Virus record (IMG/VR): IMGVR_UViG_3300046819_000361
Strand: one strand, 5' to 3'
Length of the DNA: 64,000 nt
Source: a virus
Taxonomy: Duplodnaviria; Caudoviricetes
Made by a program: the position numbers and the translations under genes. Position 1 is the first letter of the stretch; each line of letters opens with the position of its first letter. This document shows, piece after piece, positions 27,283 to 36,231 of this stretch. The notes beneath the pieces are model-generated. The model made no database searches and was not told where the DNA came from. It saw only the letters and a list, made by a program, of their open reading frames with translations.

Positions 27283-27391
27283 GATCACCTCAATATACCA
27301 AAACACAATACTACCACATCTCACTATCACAGTCAATACAAAACCCACTAACTGTCTTCTCCTCACAAACTACAACACTTCCATTATATCA
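27283..27391 (-). promoter_or_regulatory. Array promoter (extended -10 TGnTATAAT) and G/T-rich leader with orphan repeat copy
   Basis: TGATATAAT at 27391-27383; TGGTATATTGAGGTGATCATGA at leader end. Confidence 0.65.
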
Positions 27392-27403
27392 TACATAAAA
27401 CAC

Positions 27404-27432
27404 TTGACACAAACTCCTTTACATTGTACACT
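27404..27432 (+). promoter_or_regulatory. Divergent sigma70 promoter TTGACA-17-TACACT
   Basis: seen; back-to-back with array promoter. Confidence 0.65.
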
Positions 27433-27465
27433 AGGTAAATACTTAATATCTTATAGGATTCAACT

Positions 27466-27675
27466 ATGGAACTATCTTTCGAAATGCACTTCAATACTCA
27501 TAGCGTTAAAGTAACTAAACTCGATAACGGTGAAATTAGATGCTGGAAAATTAAACCTATCGATCAACATAATACCAGAGTAGACTTCCAACTCTTTAAT
27601 AATACTAATGATGCAGCTGACTTCATCATCACTCCATTCCCATCCATCTCATGGAATATCAACATCGATTGCTAG
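27466..27675 (+). CDS. Hypothetical protein
   Basis: AGGA RBS, upstream promoter. Confidence 0.65.
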   Translation: MELSFEMHFNTHSVKVTKLDNGEIRCWKIKPIDQHNTRVDFQLFNNTNDAADFIITPFPSISWNINIDC

Positions 27676-27690
27676 CTGCAACATTAACTT

Positions 27691-27981
27691 ATGCCTATAC
27701 ATACCCAAATAAAACACATCATACAACACTATAAACCAGGTAATGATATTCAACAACTACTCGAAGATGCACTCAATAAAGTCTATGATTCAGCATTCAC
27801 AGAAGGCCATACCGAAGGTGAACAATGGGGGTTTAAACTAGGCGAAGATGAAGGTTACTCTAATGGATTCAATCACGGTAAAGAAAAAGGCTTTCAAGAA
27901 GGCTATGACGAAGGATTCGATAAAGGTAATGAACACGGGTATACTGAAGGCTACAACGCAGGATATCAATCCAATTCATAA
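27691..27981 (+). CDS. Protein with GxxxG (GY/FxxG) repeats
   Basis: EGHTEGEQWGFKLGEDEGYSNGFNHG... Confidence 0.7.
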   Translation: MPIHTQIKHIIQHYKPGNDIQQLLEDALNKVYDSAFTEGHTEGEQWGFKLGEDEGYSNGFNHGKEKGFQEGYDEGFDKGNEHGYTEGYNAGYQSNS

Positions 27982-28073
27982 CATTGCTAGCTGTGTATAC
28001 TATATCCTATACTTTGCTAGCTGTGTATACTACAGTCCAATAACATATCCTTACATAGTGCATATACACATAA

Positions 28074-28165
28074 TATCAACAACAGATAATAGCGAAAAAC
28101 TATAATAGCGATACAATAGTATCAACAACAGATAATATCGAAAAACTATAATAGCGATACAATAG
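28074..28165. repeat. 46-bp tandem duplication
   Basis: TATCAACAACAGATAATAGCGAAAAACTATAATAGCGATACAATAG x2, 1 mismatch. Confidence 0.85.
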
Positions 28166-28324
28166 TATTTTAGCATGGCCAAAAATTTTAGCATAACTCT
28201 ATATTATACCATTTTTACGCTTTGGTGTCAACCCTTTTCTTCACGATTAAAAACTTATTGACAGGATGATATGGATATGGTAGAATGCTAGCTGTACTGT
28301 TTAATGATAAGATAGGAGAGTAGA

Positions 28325-28477
28325 ATGAGTAGGTATGAGCGTATAATGACCTGGGCACGAGAGCGTTATACAGTGGATGGACGATTGATATATGCTATAG
28401 GCAAACATCTGACAGTGTATGCCAGGATAGAAGAGTTGGCTTTTAATCGTTATATATTAAAAGGTATTGACAAATGA
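28325..28477 (+). CDS. Hypothetical protein (50 aa)
   Basis: AGGAG RBS; manual translation MSRYERIMTWARE... Confidence 0.55.
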   Translation: MSRYERIMTWARERYTVDGRLIYAIGKHLTVYARIEELAFNRYILKGIDK

Positions 28478-28513
28478 TATTGCTAGCTGTATCATATGAG
28501 AATATTTACTAGT

Positions 28514-28939
28514 ATGGGGACCAGGAGTACTATTGCTGTGCAGCATGCTACTGGCAGGATCTCGATGATCAGATGCCAATGGGATGGATATCCGCATCAT
28601 GTTGGCTTGTACTTGCACAAGTACTACCCTTCCCTCGCTATAGTGGAAGAGTTGATTAGTTATGGGAACTTAATTTCAATAGACACCAGGATCCATCCAT
28701 ACTCGAAGAAACATACATACAACGATCCTGAGCCAGGTGTTTGTATATATTTTGCGCGAGATAGTGGTCGTGAAGATAGTCAAGTATGTATAGATGAATA
28801 TGCAGATATGGCTGAATATGAGAATGCAATACAGACTATGCCTAATAAGCCACAGTACCAGTATTTGTTTCATAATGAACGTTGGTATTTAAATGGGGAA
28901 TGGTTGAAGTCTGCTATTAAGAGATCACAAAGTAATTGA
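28514..28939 (+). CDS. Conserved-type phage protein (MGTRS...WDGYP)
   Basis: motif MGTRSTIAV...CQWDGYP..VG..L. Confidence 0.7.
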   Translation: MGTRSTIAVQHATGRISMIRCQWDGYPHHVGLYLHKYYPSLAIVEELISYGNLISIDTRIHPYSKKHTYNDPEPGVCIYFARDSGREDSQVCIDEYADMAEYENAIQTMPNKPQYQYLFHNERWYLNGEWLKSAIKRSQSN

Positions 28940-28996
28940 CACAGTGATATTGCTAGCTGTATCATGTACCCATCTTAACGAAACCGGAGAGCAGCG

Positions 28997-29242
28997 ATGA
29001 GCGTAACATTGACAAACGATGAAGTTAAAAGTAAAGCATTACCGATTGCTATGGGGACATTTTTGTCATCATGGGAAGGCACAGCTGAGGAAGCATGGGC
29101 GAGATTGACAGCGGAAGAAACCGTTGATAGTAGCGATGTTGATTACATTGTAGTATGGGAACCATTTGAAAGTGAGTCAGTTGAGGTGTTGTATACTTAC
29201 ATTGAAGAGTTGTATTATTCGATTGTGGAAACTTTTAGTTGA
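28997..29242 (+). CDS. Hypothetical protein
   Basis: own promoter + GGAG RBS. Confidence 0.75.
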   Translation: MSVTLTNDEVKSKALPIAMGTFLSSWEGTAEEAWARLTAEETVDSSDVDYIVVWEPFESESVEVLYTYIEELYYSIVETFS

Positions 29243-29297
29243 CAGGTAGTGATTGCTAGCTGTATCATATGCCCTACCCTATGATTTGGAGATTGCT

Positions 29298-29618
29298 ATG
29301 AAATTTATGAAAGTTTGGTGTGCAGTAGCGGATGAGTTTGGCATTGAGACTGCCGTACTTGTCAGTCAGATTACTACAATTCAGATGACATTAAAGCCTA
29401 CAATGAAAGAACTGCAAGGAGTCAAATCATTTGGAGATCGTGTAATCAAACGAGCTAAAGAGGTGTTATGGGAAGAAAAACCTGAACGAGTTGAGCAAGC
29501 AATTGATATATGGCGAGTATCATATGATTGGCAGATTAGACAAGAGATGGCTGGATTAGGTGGTTGCGAGAAAAAAACTTTTAAAGAGTTATTGACAAAG
29601 TTGAAAACCCCTGTATAA
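29298..29618 (+). CDS. Hypothetical protein
   Basis: own promoter + GGAG RBS; start corrected to MKFMKV. Confidence 0.7.
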   Translation: MKFMKVWCAVADEFGIETAVLVSQITTIQMTLKPTMKELQGVKSFGDRVIKRAKEVLWEEKPERVEQAIDIWRVSYDWQIRQEMAGLGGCEKKTFKELLTKLKTPV

Positions 29619-29652
29619 TTACCCACATCTTAAACGAAGTTGGAGTAGAAAA

Positions 29653-29937
29653 ATGAGTGAGCAAAATTTAGTTGATTGGAAGGTTGAAATGACCTTGCGT
29701 ATTGCCGAAGGCAGTCATCCTGAAAAATGGGTAGGGATGACGATAGTTGATTCGTTAGAAGACGGCGAAGAAGTCATTGATTGTAATTTTACATTGGTTG
29801 AAGATGTAAGTGATTTAAAGAAAGACTTGAAGGCCGCGATAGAACAATTGATGTTATACAGTGATAACAATCTGGTCATTGGTGCAGATGGTCATAAGTT
29901 TAATTTATTGGATAAGTTAAAACAATTGAAAAAATAG
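29653..29937 (+). CDS. Hypothetical protein
   Basis: own promoter + GGAG RBS. Confidence 0.75.
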   Translation: MSEQNLVDWKVEMTLRIAEGSHPEKWVGMTIVDSLEDGEEVIDCNFTLVEDVSDLKKDLKAAIEQLMLYSDNNLVIGADGHKFNLLDKLKQLKK

Positions 29938-29993
29938 TTTGACACAATTTAAAAAACTGCTATACTATACAGACTTTCAACACGGAGCAAAAA

Positions 29994-30677
29994 ATGAAAC
30001 TATTATCTACTGCTAATACCAAAACTTTAAAAGGCGAGAAGTTTGGTTATAAAACCCACATTTTACATCTTGCACCATTTGATGTATCTGGTTATCAAGT
30101 ATGTCCTAAAGCATCGGCTGGGTGTGCTTTGGCTTGTTTGAACACTGCTGGTCGTGGCAAGTTTGATAATGTACAGAATGCCAGAATTAGAAAAACTAAA
30201 ATGTTTTTCGAGGCACGTTCTGAATTTATGGTACAAATTGTTAAGGATATTCGCAAGGCGATTATAAAATCTGCCAATGATGGTATGATACCATTGATTC
30301 GATTAAACGGCACTAGCGATATTGCCTTTGAAAAAATCCGTGTGGTTGATGCTGGTATTGAATATCGTAACTTGATGGAATTGTTCCCAGATGTAAAATT
30401 TTACGATTACACTGCGATTGTAGGTCGCACCGTACCGGATAACTATCATTTGACATTTTCGCGTAAAGAGTCGAATGATAGCGATGTAGAATTAGCGATT
30501 GCTAATGGTTTAAATGTAGCGGTGGTGTTTGACAAATTGCCTAGTCATTATATGGGATTACCAGTTATATCAGGTGATGATACTGACATTCGCATTAATG
30601 ACCCTGCTAATGTCATTATTGGTTTGAAAGCCAAAGGCAAGGCGAAAAAAGATACTACTGGTTTTGTTATTAAGTAG
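29994..30677 (+). CDS. gp88-like Cys-cluster (radical-SAM-related) phage protein
   Basis: CPKASAGCALACL...RLNGTSDI...FYDYT...YHLTFS. Confidence 0.7.
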   Translation: MKLLSTANTKTLKGEKFGYKTHILHLAPFDVSGYQVCPKASAGCALACLNTAGRGKFDNVQNARIRKTKMFFEARSEFMVQIVKDIRKAIIKSANDGMIPLIRLNGTSDIAFEKIRVVDAGIEYRNLMELFPDVKFYDYTAIVGRTVPDNYHLTFSRKESNDSDVELAIANGLNVAVVFDKLPSHYMGLPVISGDDTDIRINDPANVIIGLKAKGKAKKDTTGFVIK

Positions 30678-30733
30678 TTGACATTGTAAAATTGAGCCGT
30701 TATAATAGCGGCTCAATTATTGAATGGTGATAT

Positions 30734-30928
30734 ATGGAATCGCGCGGTATTAAGGTCAATCAGATTTGTTTACATTGTGAAGGTGTTTTTCCAGTTCGCA
30801 AAGCTGAAGTCAATCGTGGCAATGGCAAATATTGTTCGAGATCTTGTAAGTTATCCCACCAGCATCAATTAGGTTATTATCGAGAACATTTATCCGAGTT
30901 GAATAAAAAGGTTGACATAGTAGTTTAA
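30734..30928 (+). CDS. Small zinc-finger protein
   Basis: CLHC...RGNGKYCSRSC; related to 48057. Confidence 0.6.
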   Translation: MESRGIKVNQICLHCEGVFPVRKAEVNRGNGKYCSRSCKLSHQHQLGYYREHLSELNKKVDIVV

Positions 30929-30962
30929 GTTGGTATAATTATATTTTTTATTGGAGCATAAA

Positions 30963-31160
30963 ATGGATAGTTCAAAACGTGATGAGTTAATTGCAAAAAT
31001 GGCTGAGTCTGCTACTGAAAATGCTGATACTGCGGCATTATCTGATTACTTTTACCAAGGTCAGGTTGAAGTCTTGGATGAGAAGGAAGACAACTGGTTA
31101 ATTGATAAGGCTCTTGAAATGGGTGTTATTGATTCTGGTGATCTGGAAGACTACGAATAA
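30963..31160 (+). CDS. Hypothetical acidic protein
   Basis: own promoter + GGAGCA RBS. Confidence 0.7.
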   Translation: MDSSKRDELIAKMAESATENADTAALSDYFYQGQVEVLDEKEDNWLIDKALEMGVIDSGDLEDYE

Positions 31161-31168
31161 ATTGCAGA

Positions 31169-31198
31169 ATGGTAGCGATACGCTACCATTCTTTTTTG
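31169..31198 (+). terminator. Intrinsic terminator; sister copy at 34003-34033
   Basis: ATGGTAGCgatacGCTACCAT followed by T tract. Confidence 0.75.
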
Positions 31199-31393
31199 TA
31201 TTGTATAAAAACAACAGACAAGTTGGTCTGGCCGCTTCTGGGCCGCCTTCACCATCACGTGTAAGTCATCTATTCCGTAGAATGTGGGTTAATTATGTCA
31301 GGTTAAAAGAAGGCTGTCAACAAAAAAGATTTGTTGACATTAGTGATAGATAGTTTATAATGAATCAACTTTTAACGAGATGGAGCAATAAGC

Positions 31394-31570
31394 ATGAAAG
31401 TATACACAGTGATGTTAAATCGTGGTGATGGTGAAGGTGATCGTTTAGTAGGCATTTTTGATAGTGTTGCTACTGCTGAGGCATTTATTGAAGTACAGGA
31501 TTATTCATGGTGGTATGATTGGTATTCATGGGATGTTAAGACCTTATCAGATATTGGAGAAGCAGAATGA
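31394..31570 (+). CDS. Hypothetical protein (58 aa)
   Basis: GGAGCA RBS, ATGA overlap with next gene. Confidence 0.65.
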   Translation: MKVYTVMLNRGDGEGDRLVGIFDSVATAEAFIEVQDYSWWYDWYSWDVKTLSDIGEAE

Positions 31571-31818
31571 CCACATTAAAAACGCAAGTATCATGTGAAG
31601 TTGAAGACCTTATAAGTGCATTACAGTCGCATACTGGTAAACCTTATGGTGAGATCGAAAATGCGTTATTTGTTGCTGGATTGTATCCAGAGGGATGTCC
31701 AACTGCTATTTCAGTTGTCAAGCGAACAACTGATTATCATGCTTGGATTCGTGACCAAATTCAAGAGATCATGACCTTGAATAAAATTGAATTTTTGTAT
31801 ATCACCGAAGCAATTTAA
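31567..31818 (+). CDS. Hypothetical protein
   Basis: ORF track, GGAG RBS. Confidence 0.7.
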   Translation: MTTLKTQVSCEVEDLISALQSHTGKPYGEIENALFVAGLYPEGCPTAISVVKRTTDYHAWIRDQIQEIMTLNKIEFLYITEAI

Positions 31819-31876
31819 TAGTTGACATCAATCTGGGGTTATGAGAGAATAGCCCCATCTTAACACGGAGCAAGAC

Positions 31877-32134
31877 ATGAGTGAATTTACAGTAAGGTAT
31901 ATTGGTGGTACTTCTGAAAATATCAGTTCAGCAGATACCAAACAGGAATTGATTGATAGTGGTGTTTATGTAAAAGGCATCGCGATATATGATGAGGGAT
32001 ACGATACATGGGAAGCTGATTATGATTTACAATTTGTTGACATAGTGAAAGCGGCTGTGTTATTATACAATCATGAGCTAATTGATTGGCTTCAATTACG
32101 CGATATGTTACAGCAATTTGAAACTGATATTTAA
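31877..32134 (+). CDS. Hypothetical protein
   Basis: own promoter module. Confidence 0.75.
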   Translation: MSEFTVRYIGGTSENISSADTKQELIDSGVYVKGIAIYDEGYDTWEADYDLQFVDIVKAAVLLYNHELIDWLQLRDMLQQFETDI

Positions 32135-32146
32135 TGGAGTAGAAAG

Positions 32147-32569
32147 ATGAGTATAGATTATAAAATAACCGTAATGATTCCATCTGATGTTGATCGTGTT
32201 TTCAGTAGTGATGATGAGTTTAGAGAGGCGATTGCTCGAAGACTAACACACAGTACCGTTAGTGATATTTCATGTGGTAATATCATTGCTGAGTTTGATG
32301 TACTTGCTTATGCTGAAACGGCAGAATTGGAATTAAACGAGTTAATGGAAGCATATCAAAGCAGTTATGACTTGCTGGTAGCGGATATTAAAAAGGTGTT
32401 TTATGACATAGAAGAATTAGCGGCTTGTCATAATGTCAGTCGGATAAAACGAGTTTTATCAGGTATTGAAACAAGTCAAGCGTTTGTTACTTTCCTGATT
32501 GACCAAACCGTAGCCTATGCTAATGAGCAAGCAAAAGCCAAAGGTGAATTTGATTACAATAACGATTGA
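32147..32569 (+). CDS. Hypothetical protein
   Basis: GGAG RBS. Confidence 0.75.
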   Translation: MSIDYKITVMIPSDVDRVFSSDDEFREAIARRLTHSTVSDISCGNIIAEFDVLAYAETAELELNELMEAYQSSYDLLVADIKKVFYDIEELAACHNVSRIKRVLSGIETSQAFVTFLIDQTVAYANEQAKAKGEFDYNND

Positions 32570-32623
32570 CAGTGATTTGGGGTTATGTAATAATAACCCC
32601 ATCTTAACGTGATGGAGCAGAAA

Positions 32624-32830
32624 ATGAGTGAATTAAAAGAATATCAAGTAGTATGGCAAAATCAACCGCATTGCAATTATCCACGCAGAGTTGATTTTGT
32701 AATGGCTGATAGTGAAGCCAATGCACGTAACGTGGTTACCGATCATATTAGACGAACTACTGGTCTGGTGATGACAACCATTCATAGTGTAGCATTATAT
32801 GAAAAACCTACTGTTGGGTATGTAAAGTAG
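32624..32830 (+). CDS. Hypothetical protein
   Basis: own promoter module. Confidence 0.7.
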   Translation: MSELKEYQVVWQNQPHCNYPRRVDFVMADSEANARNVVTDHIRRTTGLVMTTIHSVALYEKPTVGYVK

Positions 32831-32890
32831 TTGACACTAGTTTGGGGTTATGTAATAATAGCCCCATCTTAACGTGATGGAGCAATCATA

Positions 32891-33277
32891 ATGATTATTA
32901 AAACCACCGAATTGAGTGGGCTGGCGCTGGACTATGCTGTTGCCATGTGTGAATATCCACATCTGGTATACGGAGACACTATTGGATTGCACCATGCCTC
33001 GCACCAGCTTACTATCCCTGAATTTAAAGTGCCAGATTGTTTTTACAATCCATCAGTTAATTGGTCAGTGGGTGGTGTTATCGTTGAACGGGAACGTATC
33101 ACATTAGATGCACGGGAATCAGATTGGCAAGCTAGAATCTGGGATGATAGTATTGTTGATTTTATCGAAGTTGGCAAACGTGGTCCATACTGTAATACTG
33201 CATTAATAGCGGCTATGCGCTGTTATGTTACAAGTAAATTGGGTAATGAAGTTGAAATTCCTGATGAATTAGTTTGA
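32891..33277 (+). CDS. NinX/DUF2591-family phage protein
   Basis: KTTELSGLALDYAVA...YNPSVNW..GG.IVERERI...LIAAMRCYV.SKLG.EVEIP. Confidence 0.75.
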   Translation: MIIKTTELSGLALDYAVAMCEYPHLVYGDTIGLHHASHQLTIPEFKVPDCFYNPSVNWSVGGVIVERERITLDARESDWQARIWDDSIVDFIEVGKRGPYCNTALIAAMRCYVTSKLGNEVEIPDELV

Positions 33278-33333
33278 CACCAGTTTGGGGTTATGTAATA
33301 ATAGTCCCATCTTAACACAGCGGAGCAAATGAA

Positions 33334-33561
33334 ATGACTGTAAGATTAGTAATTAGTATAGAATGCGGATCGGTTCAAGCGGTATATACCAACAACAAAG
33401 CTATCAAGGTTGATGTTGCAATCGTTGATTATGATTTTGAAGATGGTGATCTGGATGAAATTAAAACTGATGATTGTGGCAATGAGTACATTGGTAGACT
33501 TGAAACTACCTGCGAAGCGCAACCCTATGTAAATGAAGTATTTGAAAAACTATTAGCATAG
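33334..33561 (+). CDS. Hypothetical protein
   Basis: own promoter module. Confidence 0.75.
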   Translation: MTVRLVISIECGSVQAVYTNNKAIKVDVAIVDYDFEDGDLDEIKTDDCGNEYIGRLETTCEAQPYVNEVFEKLLA

Positions 33562-33619
33562 TTGACATTTAGTAAGAACCTAGTATAATAACCCAATATT
33601 AACACAGCGGAGCAAGGCG

Positions 33620-33880
33620 ATGATTGAAAGACAAATTGAGTTTAAAGAGTTATTGGAAATTTTAAATCAAGCTGAGGCTATTCAGTTCGATGGTTCATTG
33701 GTTTACCCAGCGGTATATGAAGATAAGTTTGAGGTCAGCCCATTAGATGATGATGAATCATTAATGATAGAAGCGGATGACATTGAAAATCTTTATATCA
33801 ATGATTACGGTAACATCGAATTTGAAATGGGTGATGATGTTTATATGATTTCAGTATTGGTTCGTAAAGAATTAGTTTGA
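33620..33880 (+). CDS. Hypothetical acidic protein
   Basis: own promoter module. Confidence 0.75.
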   Translation: MIERQIEFKELLEILNQAEAIQFDGSLVYPAVYEDKFEVSPLDDDESLMIEADDIENLYINDYGNIEFEMGDDVYMISVLVRKELV

Positions 33881-34114
33881 CATTATTCTGGGGTTATGTA
33901 ATAATAATCCCATCTTTTAACTGGCCAACTAGGATGCGAGATGCATAAAATTAGAGATTCTACCGTAAATTAAACATAACCCCCAGTGCATAGAGGATTA
34001 AAGAAGATGGTAGCGATTCACTACCATCTTTTCGAAAAAAGTAGTTGACACGATCAACCGGAGTGGTATAATGACCGCTCATTAACACACACTTAAACGG
34101 AAAAGGAAATAATT

Positions 34115-34303
34115 ATGTTAGTATTATCAAGAAAAGTTGGCGAAACTATTGTTATTGGTGATGATGTAACTGTAACGGTATTGGCGATCAATGGTGGACA
34201 AATTAAATTTGGTATTGCGGCACCGAAGGATGTATCGGTGCATAGACAGGAAATATATGAAAAGATTCAACGTGAAGGCGATTTGAGAGCAGAAAAGGTC
34301 TAG
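34115..34303 (+). CDS. csrA: Carbon storage regulator CsrA/RsmA
   Basis: [23 protein letters not shown]...[18 protein letters not shown]. Confidence 0.95.
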   Translation: MLVLSRKVGETIVIGDDVTVTVLAINGGQIKFGIAAPKDVSVHRQEIYEKIQREGDLRAEKV

Positions 34304-34361
34304 TTGACAAATCATTTCAGAGCCATTATTATGATGGCTCTATCAATTCATGGAGCGTATC

Positions 34362-34565
34362 ATGTCATTAACAAAAAAGCAATATCTGAGAGTTCACGGT
34401 GAAAAATGTCCACATTGTGAGAGTTTTAATTTAGAGGCTGGTCATACTGCCTTTGATGGATTTATTTTAACACAAGCGATCTATTGTAATGATTGTCATG
34501 CTGAATGGGATGATGAGTATGAAACAAAATTAAAAGGTTATGATAACCTAGAGGTTAAAGAATAA
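34362..34565 (+). CDS. Zinc-ribbon protein
   Basis: CPHC...CNDC. Confidence 0.7.
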   Translation: MSLTKKQYLRVHGEKCPHCESFNLEAGHTAFDGFILTQAIYCNDCHAEWDDEYETKLKGYDNLEVKE

Positions 34566-34729
34566 TGGCGATTTATAAGCGTGTAGCGTGGAATGTGATT
34601 GAAAATGGTATTGTTAGGGATACTGTATTCTTTCCAGCGAGTTTTGATGAGAAATCAATCAAGCGTAGTTTGATTTTGAATTATGGATACAAAGGGAATT
34701 TCACAGTAGTTAAAAAATAATAATTTGAG

Positions 34730-34966
34730 GTGTATATGGAGATACTGCAAATAGATGAAACCGAATTAGAAGATTCAGAGGTTATCATGGAAACTAAAGA
34801 TAATGATGTAATTAAGAAGGTTTTTTGGGAAGTTTATCTTGACAACAAGTTGGTTGATACTGTATTATATGACAGTCAATTAACAGATAAACAGGTAAGA
34901 TGTCGATTGATTACGATTGATGGTTATCCATCAGATATTACAGTTTCGTTATTGGAGGTTGCATGA
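34730..34966 (+). CDS. Hypothetical protein
   Basis: ORF track, GAGG RBS. Confidence 0.65.
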   Translation: MYMEILQIDETELEDSEVIMETKDNDVIKKVFWEVYLDNKLVDTVLYDSQLTDKQVRCRLITIDGYPSDITVSLLEVA

Positions 34967-35032
34967 TTGTGTATTCCATGATAGTATTATTCGTTATTGG
35001 TTTTTTGATTGGTCAATATTTCAGGGGGTAAT

Positions 35033-35203
35033 ATGTTTCAAGTCTATATTAATGGCACTACCAGTTTATTTCCATTTTTAAAGATGGCGAAAGCATTTGC
35101 AAAAGCATCAGGTGTTTGGTATTATATAGCTGATGGGTTTGAAATCATTTGGACCCAAGATGATGACATTATGGAAGTATTGAAGGCTGACAACTTCAAA
35201 TAA
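35033..35203 (+). CDS. Hypothetical protein
   Basis: AGGGGG RBS. Confidence 0.55.
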   Translation: MFQVYINGTTSLFPFLKMAKAFAKASGVWYYIADGFEIIWTQDDDIMEVLKADNFK

Positions 35204-35936
35204 GTTTATTGCTCTTTTTAAGATTGTCTATAGCCCACAGTGGTTGGAAATTTGTATAATGATTGAGTCGGATAAGGTCAGCTTCGTCAATTGCTGATGA
35301 CACTGGAATGATATGGTCTAAATGCCATTCAGCCCGATTTTCCCAAGACATACCCGATGCAAATTGTGCCTCAATATGAAGTTTGAAATCTTCATATGAA
35401 CATCCTAATATCTCGTGGGTTTTAGATTTTTTTGAATACCCGTTATTACGGAATGAACTACCAATTCGTGATCTTAAAGTTTTTCGTAGTTTAAATAATG
35501 GATCGGTTGAACAACGTACGGATTCTTTTTCAGATATGGTTTTACGATTTAGTTTAACACGTTGTCTTACTTTTTCTTTATTATTAGCATACCATACATT
35601 TGATTTATTACGGTAATGTTCTGAATTTAATTGACGATATTCTTTATCTCGAATAGATGTACACGATTTGCAGATTGATTTGAATCCATCTTTAGAATAG
35701 CTAGATTTATGAAAAGTATCGGTGGGCAGTACGTTATCACATTTTACACAATGCTTATATCCTACTTGTATTATAGATTCGCTTCTGTTATACTTTACAT
35801 CGTTATAGCGTCTATCACAGTTTTTACACATTGATCTAACACCATGTTTACCATATTTGTTTTTACTAAATTGGTCAATTGCTAAACTCTGATTACATTT
35901 TTTACAATGCTTGTGAATTGGTTGATAAATATCCAT
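35196..35936 (-). CDS. HNH homing endonuclease with N-terminal CxxC zinc fingers
   Basis: WHLDHIIP...LNHYTNFQPLWAIDNLKKS; inserted antisense to its neighbours. Confidence 0.85.
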   Translation of the reverse strand: MDIYQPIHKHCKKCNQSLAIDQFSKNKYGKHGVRSMCKNCDRRYNDVKYNRSESIIQVGYKHCVKCDNVLPTDTFHKSSYSKDGFKSICKSCTSIRDKEYRQLNSEHYRNKSNVWYANNKEKVRQRVKLNRKTISEKESVRCSTDPLFKLRKTLRSRIGSSFRNNGYSKKSKTHEILGCSYEDFKLHIEAQFASGMSWENRAEWHLDHIIPVSSAIDEADLIRLNHYTNFQPLWAIDNLKKSNKLI

Positions 35937-36009
35937 GCTGATAGTTCCTTATAAACTGTTAGAGTAGTTGGGACTGTCAATCCGCGAACTACTTTTTATT
36001 TAGCTTTTT

Positions 36010-36231
36010 ATGAATGACAAACAAAAAACATTTCAATCTGATGCTGAGTTAATGCAGGCATTACTAGATGGTCAAGAATTACAATCAGTATATAACAACG
36101 GGTTTATTAAGTTGGATACTAATGGTAATTTGATATTTATTAAAAAACATTGGCAATATATAAATCGTCGAGATTGGCTAATAAATAAGCCGGAGGATGA
36201 TGAAGGTGGAGCGACCGAGAATAAAGATTGA
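36010..36231 (+). CDS. Hypothetical protein
   Basis: ORF track. Confidence 0.55.
   Translation: MNDKQKTFQSDAELMQALLDGQELQSVYNNGFIKLDTNGNLIFIKKHWQYINRRDWLINKPEDDEGGATENKD

Larger units (their letters stand above)
7637..27300 (-). repeat. Micro-gene cassette array: 91 units joined by a ~27-bp coding repeat ACTTGGTTTGTATTGAGGTGGTCATGA (WFxLRWS-stop + SD + next ATG)
   Basis: Plus-strand TCATGACCACCTCAATACAAACCA or variants recur about every 180-280 bp. Subfamilies by eye: A=FPK/GFKS/EEYTW, B=SxMD/SL/ITFxxEAHK, C=SFxIxWxDIP/ELAKF, D=WCxxxFG/DRNW, E=WWxNF. Confidence 0.95.

Noticed and set aside
7637-27300. CRISPR array
   Set aside because: Inter-repeat segments are about 150-250 bp, are open reading frames in paralog families, the repeats are degenerate and coding, and no cas genes are in the window
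7637-27300. Classical integron or diversity-generating retroelement
   Set aside because: No attC-type long inverted repeats, integrase or reverse transcriptase in the window, and paralog differences are not obviously adenine-restricted
8786-27366. Shared N-terminal peptide MVCIEVVM in ORF-track proteins
   Set aside because: Artifact of reading the junction repeat from an upstream TTG/ATG; the SD-supported starts are the ATG in the ATGA overlap
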